Positions 13,945-23,466 of a stretch of 64,000 nucleotides of DNA are shown one piece after another. The notes beneath the pieces were generated by a model. That model was not told the origin of the DNA and did not search any database. It saw only the letters and a list, made by a program, of their open reading frames with translations. The position numbers and the translations under genes are program-made. The stretch comes from Histomonas meleagridis 2922-C6/04-290x (Eukaryota > Protista > Parabasalia). The stretch lies in NCBI GenBank assembly GCA_020184695.1, contig JAANOX010000002.1, forward strand, positions 1 through 64,000. The letters run 5' to 3'. Position 1 is the stretch's first letter; each line of letters starts with the position of its first letter.

Positions 13945-14646
13945 ATGAATCATTCATACGATAATCTGTTATTCGATGCCGATGGAACTTTATATGACTG
14001 GGAAAAAACAGAACACAAAACAGTAGAATTGCTCTGGGAGGAATTCAAGTTTCCTAAAGATTCAATTCAAACATATATTCGATTATCATGTAATGCCTGG
14101 GAAGATTTTTCAAGTGGTTCGCTTGCTATTGAAGACCTACACCCAAGAATTTTTAAAGAATTCATTAATGAAATTGGATATAATCACTTAGATCCAAAAA
14201 TCATTTCAGATAAATATTTACAAGCACAAATAGACTTTTTATATTTTTATGATCAAAGCCGTGAAGTACTTCAAGAACTAAAATCTAGAGGATATCATAT
14301 TTACATAGCTACAAATGGAATTCCAATAGATCGTTTCACAAAACATAAAGAAGAAGGGTTATTTGAAGATGTGTTTTATGCTCAAGTGATTCACTCATAT
14401 AAGCCACAGAAGGACTATTTCGAAAAGATATTCCAAATACTAAATCTTGATGAAGAAGGAAAAAGGAAAACGGTTATGATCGGCGATAGCCTCAAAAGTG
14501 ACATACAAGGAGGTGCTAATGCAGGACTAACGACTGTTTGGTTTAATAGAAATGGAAAATATCCATACCCAGTAGAACCGGTAAAGCCAGATTATGAAAT
14601 TCATGAGCTCAAAGAACTTCTCCAACTGTTTCCCAAGAAACAATAA
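13945..14646 (+). CDS. HAD-superfamily hydrolase, YjjG/YfnB-like pyrimidine 5'-nucleotidase
   Basis: Motif I FDADGTLYD, motif II ATNG, motif III KP, motif IV MIGDSLKSDIQGGANAG. Confidence 0.85.
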   Translation: MNHSYDNLLFDADGTLYDWEKTEHKTVELLWEEFKFPKDSIQTYIRLSCNAWEDFSSGSLAIEDLHPRIFKEFINEIGYNHLDPKIISDKYLQAQIDFLYFYDQSREVLQELKSRGYHIYIATNGIPIDRFTKHKEEGLFEDVFYAQVIHSYKPQKDYFEKIFQILNLDEEGKRKTVMIGDSLKSDIQGGANAGLTTVWFNRNGKYPYPVEPVKPDYEIHELKELLQLFPKKQ

Positions 14647-15033
14647 TTATTCAAAAATGTTCATGAACAATTTAATAACTCAATATTAAATAGTATGATT
14701 CATAAAACATATTTAAATAATAAATTCCTTAATTATAATATTTCACTGAATCTGATAGATTTTAAAATCTGAATAATATTTCCTCAATAGTTTCTTTTTT
14801 AATAAGGAAATTTAAAATTAATTTCTTTTAATAGTCCGTAATAATACTGACATGTTGAATGTATTCATCAGATTGATATTCAATTAAAAAATTTGTATCC
14901 GCAAAAAACGCCACATGATTTTGTTAGTACGTAACAAACAAAAAACAAATAAAACTGGTTTTGCATCTCTGTTTAGAATATGAAAATTTTCTCAAAATGC
15001 ATTTTGTCACTTTTTGTGTTCGTTAATTTTTTG

Positions 15034-16023
15034 ATGGCTGAGCAAACCCAAAAAACTGTTCTTTATAACGAAGACATCAATTCAAACTATGCACAAACAG
15101 CTTTACACCTAGATATGATTCAAGACAAGTTTAGAACATTAACATATTGTCAAGCAATAGAAATGAATAAAGAACAATTTGAGGGAAAGGTTGTTCTTGA
15201 CGTTGGAAGTGGAAGTGGTATTTTGTCTCTTTTTGCAGCAAGATCAGGTGCCAAAAAAGTATACTCAGTTGAATGTACACCAATTGGTTACATTTCAGAG
15301 ACAATTATCAAAAACAACCACTATGAAAATATAATAACAGTACTTCATGGAAGGCTCGAAGAAATTGAAGTCCCTGAAAAGGTTGATATTATAATATCTG
15401 AATGGATGGGATATTCTCTTTATTTCGAAGTTATGCTTCCATCAGTTCTTCTTGCTAGGGATAAATATCTCAAACCAGGTGGTGCTCTTCTCCCTTCAGC
15501 AGCACAACTCTTTATTACCGGTGTTCAAGCATATGAATATTATGCAACACAAATTGAATATTGGGATAATGTCTATGGGTTTGACTTCAGTGCAATGAAA
15601 GGCCAGGCCTTTACAGAGCCAGTTGTTGATCAATGTGAAAAATGGCAATTAATTACAAACTTTTCGACAATATCCGAAATCAATCTTCATGATTGTAAAA
15701 CGGATGCGTCTTTCTTTGTTTCTCCGTTCACGCTCAACGTAAAACAGAACGAAACGCTGCACGCCTTTGTTACTTACTTTGATGTTTTTTTCAATGATTT
15801 ACCTGTGAAGAAGACGTTATCTACTTCACCGATGAAGAAACAGACGCACTGGAAACAAACCTTCTTCTATTTGAAGAAGCCACTTGAATGTCATAAAGGT
15901 GACGTTGTACATGGGACAATAGAATTTAAACCTAATGAAAAAGATGATTCTGGTTTGTACATAACCATCAAATATAAGCTCAATGATGGCGAAGAATTTT
16001 CTCAGGATTATGACTTCTTTTGA
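15034..16023 (+). CDS. Protein arginine N-methyltransferase, PRMT1-like
   Basis: VLDVGSGSGILS, VDIIISEWMGY double-E loop and THW loop (QTHWKQT). ATG 15034 is preferred because a TCACT Inr lies at about 15007. Confidence 0.9.
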   Translation: MAEQTQKTVLYNEDINSNYAQTALHLDMIQDKFRTLTYCQAIEMNKEQFEGKVVLDVGSGSGILSLFAARSGAKKVYSVECTPIGYISETIIKNNHYENIITVLHGRLEEIEVPEKVDIIISEWMGYSLYFEVMLPSVLLARDKYLKPGGALLPSAAQLFITGVQAYEYYATQIEYWDNVYGFDFSAMKGQAFTEPVVDQCEKWQLITNFSTISEINLHDCKTDASFFVSPFTLNVKQNETLHAFVTYFDVFFNDLPVKKTLSTSPMKKQTHWKQTFFYLKKPLECHKGDVVHGTIEFKPNEKDDSGLYITIKYKLNDGEEFSQDYDFF

Positions 16024-16308
16024 GTAAATACTTTATGGAAATTTCCATATTTGCATTCTTTGAAAATCACTAACTAAAACTTCAAAAATATGTATTAAAG
16101 TCAAGTCAAGTGACCTAAAGTCTTTTTCTCGGAATTGGAAAATTTCATCATGGTTGTTGAAAGCCTTATAACACATGAACAAGATTATTTTTTAAGAAAA
16201 AGATTATCACATTATAATGCACAAATTTGATTCTAAATATCCTTTAATTTCGAGATCAAATCAAAATAAAAATATGTAAATGAAAATTGGATAAAAACTA
16301 GTTCCAAA

Positions 16309-16945
16309 ATGGAAAGCACGATAGAGAACGATAGAAATCAGATGGAAAGCTGGTCGTTGTTAGGATTTTATCTAGAAGATCCAATAAAAGCCAATATTGC
16401 TCAAAAAACATACCCAGGAGTAATGCCTGATGAAAATAAAAATCAAGCGATTATAAGAATCAGAAGTTTCGGATTTACATATCGCGATATTGAACATTGT
16501 CTAAATACATCACAAAAGCATATTACATTAGTACTTAAAGAATATCAGCTAAGCGGAGAAGTTTCTTGTAAAAAGATAGGAAGACCTCTAAAAATTGATA
16601 ATAATGATAGAACAAAAATTGATGAAATAACCATCTCATCACCAAGGTCAACTTGCAAGCAAGTTTCACAACAAATAAGCAGTCCAGAAAAATCAATCAA
16701 AAAATCAACTATTGCAAAAATCAGACATGAATCACATTTTTTTTTTCAAACCACTCAAAAGGAGACCTCAAATGACTCAAGCATGCTTGGATAGAAGACT
16801 TACTTTCGCTTATTCTATGTTACAAAACGAGGAAAAAAATGAAAAAATTGTGTTTAGTGATGAGTGTAAAATCCAATTTTGTCCAGATAATTCAATGGTC
16901 TAAAGTACCACTGATTTTTGGAAATACCCGAACATCTGGACAATG
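16309..16945 (+). mobile_element. Degenerate Tc1/mariner (IS630-Tc1) transposase remnant
   Basis: HTH region with GRPLKI, then in a shifted frame KPLKRRPQMT..RRLTF..KIVFSDE (first catalytic D). It is broken by a frameshift at a T run and by stops. No TIRs identified. Confidence 0.75.
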
Positions 16946-17279
16946 TAAATATCGCTACAAAATTTTAAAGGACAATGGCAAATTGCTTACACTATTGAAA
17001 AACTGAATAAACAGTAAAAACCGATTTTCTCGAGAAAAAGGAAAGCAAATGACTAGTTTATGAAGAAAAAAATTGTGAAGTACGATTATACTCAATTGGA
17101 AAATTAAATAATTGTGAGGTATCGTGCTTTCCTTTTTTTGGAAATAGTTTACTTCTAAAAATACAATAAATTTCGAAAAATTCTGATCTTAAATATATTA
17201 AGTTTTGATGATAAATTAAAAATTATTTTAATATTTTCTTAAAAATATCTTTTTGTTAATAATTACTGTTTATTTAATT

Positions 17280-19370
17280 TCAGTCAATTTCTTTAGTTTG
17301 TATTCTCTTTAAAACGCGCCTTTGATTTTGATATTCGAACTGTCCAGTAAACAACATAGTTTGAAGCACTCTAATAATACAAAAATCAGAGAAGCTTTGC
17401 TTTTGCAATTCATTCAGCAATGATTTCTCTGGCACTCTTGACCCTACCGGGCATCTTCTTTCTATATATCTTTCTATTCTTTCTGCCTCTTTTCTTTGTT
17501 CATCTGTCAGAACGCCATCAGGCGCAACGATTCCTGATTTCGCCGCATCGAAAGTTGAAAGTTTAAACAAACGAATTGCTTCTTTCACATGTTCTTCTTT
17601 GCATTCATTACAAAGTTCCATTTTTGCTAATGCTTCACTAATACGAATTAAAGCTTCAAGTTGTCTGACAGTGATAGGGATTGAATCTCTATTATCTACT
17701 GAACTTCTCATGTTAACATATTCATTCTTCAACAAGTTCATTGCGCCTTCTGATATCACAGGTTTACATCTTTTTCGTGCATATGCAATGTAAGACTTCA
17801 AGTCGACTGGCGAAGCAGAATTTGTTGAGACGTCATCATTCGATGCATGTAACTTAACTACATGTTCAGCAATTAATTTATCTCTTTGTTCATTTCGTGT
17901 ATCTCTTAAAACGAAAATCAAGTCGAATCTTGATAAAATTGTTGTCTGGAAATCAATGTTATCACGAGCAGACTTTAAATCATCGAATCTTCCCATCACT
18001 GGATTAGCGGCAGCAAGTACAGCTGTTCTTGTGTTTAAGACAGCAGTAATTCCTGCTTTAGCTATTGATATCGTTTGTTGTTCCATTGCTTCATGAATAG
18101 CAACTCGATCAGTATTACGCATTTTATCAAACTCATCAATACATACAATTCCTCCATCTGCTAAAACCATTGCACCTCCTTCGAGTACAAATTCACCTGT
18201 GTTTTTATGTCGGATGACACTTGCTGTTAAACCTGCAGCACTTGAACCTTTACCACTTGTATAAATACCAATTGGTGCAACACGTTGCGTGAATTTTAAG
18301 AGTTGTGACTTCGCGACTGATGGATCACCAAATAATAATACATTAATATCACCACGAATTTTCATGGAATCAGGTAATAGTTTCCCAACACCTCCAAATA
18401 ATTGACATGCAATCGCTTCTTTGACATCAGTCATTCCATAAATTTCGGGAGCAATCGCATTAATGATATCTTCTCGAGTCTTAAATAAATTAGTATTAAT
18501 AGTACTATGAAGTTCTTCTTGTTCTTTATTCCCAGTATCCATAGTACCAACAACACGTAAAACAGGTTTTTGTACATTATTACGTGTTGATTGCATCTCA
18601 TAAATGGCAACAAATAATTTTTTCGTTCCAGGAATGGTAGTATTAGCTAAAGCTCGATCAACCGATGCAGATATATGACGTGGCATTTCACCGGGTGGAA
18701 CATCTTCAGGCGATTCTTGAATCTTGAGAAATTGATAATCGGAAAATTTGGAATAATCCGGAAGTACAACATATGGATCTAAGGGACATGTACCTCCAGT
18801 TGAGGGTGGACCACCTGTCTTTTCGCTTTGACGTTGACATTTTCGAGGTAATTGGAAACCGCCGTTATTACAATTGATGATTAACTTGTCACCACAAGAA
18901 GAACAAACAGCTGTGATTTGGGTGGCTTTGGGAATAACAGGTGAGGTGGATATGACTAAACCAGGAACAACAATCATTTTTCCAATTAATGATGATGTTA
19001 TTTCACGTATAGTAGTGGGTCTTTCAGATGATAAAATCTGAACCTGGATCAAAGGTGCATCTTCCATCATTTCTTTTGCAAATTCATAAGCAGATGCTTC
19101 TAAAATTGGAAGAATTCTAGATGGATCATTCGTAACTAATTGCCCTAATGATTCATCATAACTAGAAATATGTCTCATGTCGACTTTAATGAAAGGGTTT
19201 GATAAATTAATTGCTTCTTGGATTTGAGTTCTGTAAATTGTATCATTATTTTGTGTGAATGTACGAAGAAAATGAGAGAACCTCTTTTTGACTGTATAGC
19301 TTGCGTCTGGAGCGCTTTCGGCTTCTGTATGTGATTCTGTTGTGAAAATAGCACTTGGTTCCCAAGCCAT
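17280..19370 (-). CDS. MCM5: DNA replication licensing factor MCM5
   Basis: CPLDPY motif, QESPEDVPPGEMPRH, GDINVLLFGDPSVAKSQLLK, CIDEFDKM, SRFDLIF and ITVRQLEALIR. Confidence 0.9.
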   Translation of the reverse strand: MAWEPSAIFTTESHTEAESAPDASYTVKKRFSHFLRTFTQNNDTIYRTQIQEAINLSNPFIKVDMRHISSYDESLGQLVTNDPSRILPILEASAYEFAKEMMEDAPLIQVQILSSERPTTIREITSSLIGKMIVVPGLVISTSPVIPKATQITAVCSSCGDKLIINCNNGGFQLPRKCQRQSEKTGGPPSTGGTCPLDPYVVLPDYSKFSDYQFLKIQESPEDVPPGEMPRHISASVDRALANTTIPGTKKLFVAIYEMQSTRNNVQKPVLRVVGTMDTGNKEQEELHSTINTNLFKTREDIINAIAPEIYGMTDVKEAIACQLFGGVGKLLPDSMKIRGDINVLLFGDPSVAKSQLLKFTQRVAPIGIYTSGKGSSAAGLTASVIRHKNTGEFVLEGGAMVLADGGIVCIDEFDKMRNTDRVAIHEAMEQQTISIAKAGITAVLNTRTAVLAAANPVMGRFDDLKSARDNIDFQTTILSRFDLIFVLRDTRNEQRDKLIAEHVVKLHASNDDVSTNSASPVDLKSYIAYARKRCKPVISEGAMNLLKNEYVNMRSSVDNRDSIPITVRQLEALIRISEALAKMELCNECKEEHVKEAIRLFKLSTFDAAKSGIVAPDGVLTDEQRKEAERIERYIERRCPVGSRVPEKSLLNELQKQSFSDFCIIRVLQTMLFTGQFEYQNQRRVLKRIQTKEID

Positions 19371-19635
19371 AGCAAAATAAATAGTAAACGTACACTAAAA
19401 GTGCTAAAAAAACGATCAGATTTCAAGATTTAATAAACGGAATGTTTACTATGTTGATTTCATTGAAAACTCAGCTATATTTAGCTTATGAGAACTAAAT
19501 TAAACATTGTTGTATGTGTTTACCACTTTCAGATATTTTTCTGAAACCAACTTGGGAAAATTCTGATTTGTATAAAAGTGCCTCTCAAATATTGGATTAT
19601 GTTTGCTATGTCACTTTTTGAACAAAGAAATCAAA

Positions 19636-21499
19636 ATGGAATCCCAAAAAGAAATGGAAACACTCATATCAATAAAGCAAATACTTTTCAAACTAAACAA
19701 TGAGAACATTTCTCAAACGGCAATTTTGTTATTTAAAAAATTTGTAGAAAATTATATATTTTCCTTTAATCTAATTGTGAGCCAAATGATATATATAATA
19801 TGCAAAATAAGAATGAATAATTATAAGATATACCTAAAATTATTGGAAGAATTAGAAATATTAGAAAAAAATCATAACTGTAAGTCAAAAATATTTGAAG
19901 TCTTCACTAATTTTCTTCTTAATCAAAATGATGAAACATCAAATTATCTTCTTGAAAAGATGATTAAAAATAAATTACTTGAACCAAAAATTGTTCAAAA
20001 TAATAACCCATATTTTATATGTCGAAAGAAGAATTTCAAAATATGTATTATTATAGATTTCAAGATGAAATTGAAGAGAATTATGATGAACTTTCAAAGA
20101 ATGATTGGGAATTACATATGAAATTAATTGAAGAAGGACAAAATCCGAATGAAATTGCGAAAATAATTCGAAAAGATGAAATAGAAAAACTTCAAGAAAT
20201 ATCATCACAAACAAATTTTGATTTTAATCAAACAATTGAACCATCACTTTATGAAAGATGTGACTTTATTAATCAATATAATGTTTCATTAATTGATTAT
20301 GCAGCATTTTTTGGATCAGTAAAATGTTTTAAATATTTACTTATGAATGGTGCAAATGTAGAAAATACAGGTAAATTTGCAATTGCAGGTGGAAATGAAG
20401 AAATCATTCATTTATGTGAACAAAATCATTCATCATTTGAAAATGCAAATGAAACAGCAATTGAATTCCATCGAAATGATTTATTCGAATATATTTGTGA
20501 AAATAACCTTGAAAAATTGGAAAGTCAGAAAATAGATATATTTTTGACAGTATTAGAAAAATTAGGAAGGGTGTGTATTTTATATCATAATTATGAAATC
20601 TTATCATTTTTGATTAATGATGGAATGAGAATCACAGATGCAATTATTAATGAAATAGGTAGAATGGAAAATATGTTTCTCATCAAACACTTCCTCCTCG
20701 AACACAGTCATGTTCCAAAAAATTTTTTAATTAATACAGAATTAGAAAATATTGAACTTATAAAATATGTTTTAGAAAATGAAGGTATTGATGTTAATGC
20801 AAAAAATATTTATTTGTTCGATTTAATATTTATTTTAATAATTTTCTATTTCAAAATAATATTTGGAAATTATATAAATTATTTGAAACAGCACTTATGA
20901 ATGCATCTTATAAAGGTTATACAGAAATAGTTAAATTACTTCTTGAACAAAAAGGAATTGATATTAATGCTAAAGATATTTATTTGTTTTATTTGAAATT
21001 TATTTTAATAATTTTATATTTCAAAATAATATTTGGAAATTATTTAAATTATTTTATACAGCACTTATGTATGCATCTAGAAATGGTCATATAGAAATAG
21101 TTAAATTACTTCTAGAACAAGAAGGAATTGATATTAATGCTAAAAATATTTATTTGTTTTATTTGAAATTTATTTTAATAATTTGATATATCAAAATAAT
21201 ATTTGGAAATTATTTAAATTATTTCAAACAGCACTTATTTATGCATCTGAAAATGGTCATATAGAAATAGTTAAATTACTTCTTGAACAAGAAGGAATTG
21301 ATATTAATGCTAAAGATATTTATTTGTTTTATTTGAAATTTATTTTAATAATTTTATATTTCAAAATAATATTTGGAAATTATTTAAATTATTTTATACA
21401 GCACTTATGTATGCATCTAGAAATGGTCATATAGAAATAGTTAAATTACTTCTAGAACAAGAAGGAATTGATACTAATGCTAAAGGCATTAATGTATGA
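19636..21499 (+). CDS. DUF3447-type ankyrin-repeat gene A; 16 17-nt spacers in four loop junctions; about 530 aa after spacer removal and one 1-nt correction near 20015
   Basis: LIDYAAFFGSVKCFKYLL (DUF3447-like), then a 170-nt periodic array with TAL codons at 20888, 21058, 21228 and 21398. Decoded loops are KNNSGETAL, KDEYGYTAL, KNEDGQTAL, KDEYGYTAL; stop TGA at 21497-21499. Confidence 0.8.
20808..21397 (+). other. Array of (17-nt spacer + single codon) x4 junctions between ankyrin exons, locus A
   Basis: Example from 20975: GAT|atttatttgttttattt|GAA|atttattttaataattt|TAT|atttcaaaataatattt|GGA|aattatttaaattattt|TAT|ACA GCA CTT. Confidence 0.9.
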
Positions 21500-21581
21500 T
21501 GTTTATTTTAATAACTAAAATTGTGTTCATCTAATTTTTTTTATTGACTAATATTCAAGATGATTCATAATTCACTTCACT

Positions 21582-23132
21582 TTGCCTGTTTTTAAAACCG
21601 TTAATGTAAGTTCCAGCTGCAAACGTTCGACCATGATCTCAAGAAGTCAACTTATCTCGGAGCATGCAACTCTATCTTTTCTTGCTTGGTCACAATACTT
21701 CAAGCTTTTCAACCGTCATTTAAAATTAGAGCATAGTTATTCAGGAGCATTTTATTTTTCAGATACAATTGAAATTAATCAAAAAATGATTAATGAATTA
21801 ACATCGGCCATAAACAATATCCTTTGCTCAGACATTCCAATTGAACTTGTTCAATTACCTCGTAAAAATCTTATACAAATTTTCACAGAACTTGGTTTAC
21901 AAGACAAAGTTGATCTTCTTAAATTTTGGCATGAAAACACAATAACATGTATTAAGTGTGATGGCGTTATAGATTATACGTATGAACCACATTCGTTGGA
22001 TAAAAATAGATTAAAAATATTCGAAATCAGGAAATTCTACCAAGGATTCCTTCTTCGTTTTCCAAATCTTACCTCACCAAACAAAATTGACGAGTATAAA
22101 GAACCGAAACTTCTTCATCAAATGATCACTGAGTATAATGAATGGGTTACATTATTTGGGATTGATACAGTTCCCAAGCTTAATGAAATTGTTTTTAGCA
22201 AAAAGATTGATCAGTTAAAATTTGTTGCTGAAAGCCTTCATGAGAAAAAACTTTTTGAAATTGCTGACAAACTTTGTTCCAACTTTTCTAACAAGCGAAT
22301 CATTTCCATTGCAGGTCCATCCTCCTCAAACAAGACTACCTTTGCGAAGCGTCTTGCACTTTCACTCAAATCTAACGGTTTTTCATCGTTAGTCATTGAA
22401 ATGGATGATTTCTTTCACAATCTTGAAGACATTCCACATGAGCCTGGAGAAGAATGTGATTGGGAATCTATTGAATGTCTTAATGTTAAACTAATTGGCG
22501 AACGAGTTAATCAAATGCTTTTAGGCGAAACTGTTCCACGTCGAAAATATGATTGGACCAATGGAGTTAGTTATGATGATCCACATGAAACAATGAGGTT
22601 AGAACCGAATAGTTTCTTAATCCTTGAAGGTATTCATGGGTTAAATCCACAGCTATTAAATGTTCTTGGGAAAGAAAGAGTTACACCAATATATGTTCAA
22701 GCTCTTTCACCACTTAAAGTTGACTTAAATCATCGATTTCCATGTAGTGACTTAAGGTTAATTCGACGCTTGATTAGAGATTATTTGTTTAGAGGTTCAT
22801 ATCCACCTCGAGCAACATTGGAAAGATGGACAAGTGTTCGACTCGGTGAAATGAATAATATATTTCCTTACCAAGAAAAAGCTGAAATTTTCTTTAACTC
22901 TTCTCTTTTTTATGAGGTCCCTGTGCTTGGTACGATTGGGAAAGGATTGTTAATGGAGGCGTCTTTGCCACCAGAGGATGAGAACCCTGAAAGTCCAGTC
23001 GCAATTGAGGCAAATAACGACGCGTTGAGACTTCTCAAGTTGATTAGTTTCTTCCATCCATTGACAACGGAAATTGTGCCGCATATATCATGCATTTGCG
23101 AATTCATTGGTGGTTCCGATTTGAAATATTAG
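21582..23132 (+). CDS. Uridine/nucleoside kinase with N-terminal ThrRS-like domain (bacterial-type fusion)
   Basis: P-loop-like IAGPSSSNKTTFAKRL, EMDDFF, ILEGIHGLNP, DLRLIRRLIRD and FPYQEKAEIFFNSSL. True start may be the internal ATG near 21633. Confidence 0.8.
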   Translation: MPVFKTVNVSSSCKRSTMISRSQLISEHATLSFLAWSQYFKLFNRHLKLEHSYSGAFYFSDTIEINQKMINELTSAINNILCSDIPIELVQLPRKNLIQIFTELGLQDKVDLLKFWHENTITCIKCDGVIDYTYEPHSLDKNRLKIFEIRKFYQGFLLRFPNLTSPNKIDEYKEPKLLHQMITEYNEWVTLFGIDTVPKLNEIVFSKKIDQLKFVAESLHEKKLFEIADKLCSNFSNKRIISIAGPSSSNKTTFAKRLALSLKSNGFSSLVIEMDDFFHNLEDIPHEPGEECDWESIECLNVKLIGERVNQMLLGETVPRRKYDWTNGVSYDDPHETMRLEPNSFLILEGIHGLNPQLLNVLGKERVTPIYVQALSPLKVDLNHRFPCSDLRLIRRLIRDYLFRGSYPPRATLERWTSVRLGEMNNIFPYQEKAEIFFNSSLFYEVPVLGTIGKGLLMEASLPPEDENPESPVAIEANNDALRLLKLISFFHPLTTEIVPHISCICEFIGGSDLKY

Positions 23133-23466
23133 ATTTATATAAAATAAAATTTTTAAATAATTAAGATTATTTATTAGATATAAATGTTGCATAATCATAT
23201 GAATATGGGAAATTTATATCAAAAAATTTAATTGTTTGTCCAATTGATAATTTAAAATTTTTATCATTTAAATCAAAAACTATTTTTTAAAGTTCGAGTA
23301 GGACATTTAAGTATTTTGATGAGTGTACGAATGTATTAGAGTTAATTTTTATGTTATTCATTTTATGTTATTCATATTCATCAAATCGATTTAACCAATG
23401 TAAAAAATAAATATTTCAATTTTGAACGACAAAAAGAATTGTGAGTAACCGTTTAGATTGCGTTAA

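Noticed and set aside
14980-15033. Signal-peptide-like N-terminal extension on the PRMT
   Set aside because: A TCACT Inr at about 15007 lies downstream of the first ATG and favours ATG 15034; T-rich leaders read as hydrophobic by default.
20005-20025. Frameshift between ORF 19603-20121 and ORF 20019-20900 as another 17-nt spacer
   Set aside because: Alignment with gene C (PYFIHYMLEK versus PYF/YMSKEE) places the break at a T run; one added T fixes it. Likely an assembly error or small deletion.
20978-21057. Two-gap model (51-nt gap + FGN + 17-nt gap)
   Set aside because: It forces near-invariant I and N at normally variable loop positions. The 4x(17+3) parse gives varied, typical residues (E/N/K, Y/D/S/H, G, W/K/E/Q/Y), consistent spacer ends, and explains the 153-nt units.
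20985-21061. Conventional GT-AG intron (tttGTttt...atacAG) explaining each ankyrin junction
   Set aside because: Splicing there gives the wrong frame and an immediate TAG. The AG is part of ACA-GCA (Thr-Ala) and is absent in diverged units (caaACTGCA at 58309). There is no trichomonad branch motif.
20808-21397. 170-nt period and about 10-nt T-tract phasing as a nucleosome-positioning or DNA-bending signal
   Set aside because: Periods of 167, 153 and 124 also occur and are explained by codon or 17-nt loss; the phasing follows from the 20-nt spacer+codon unit.
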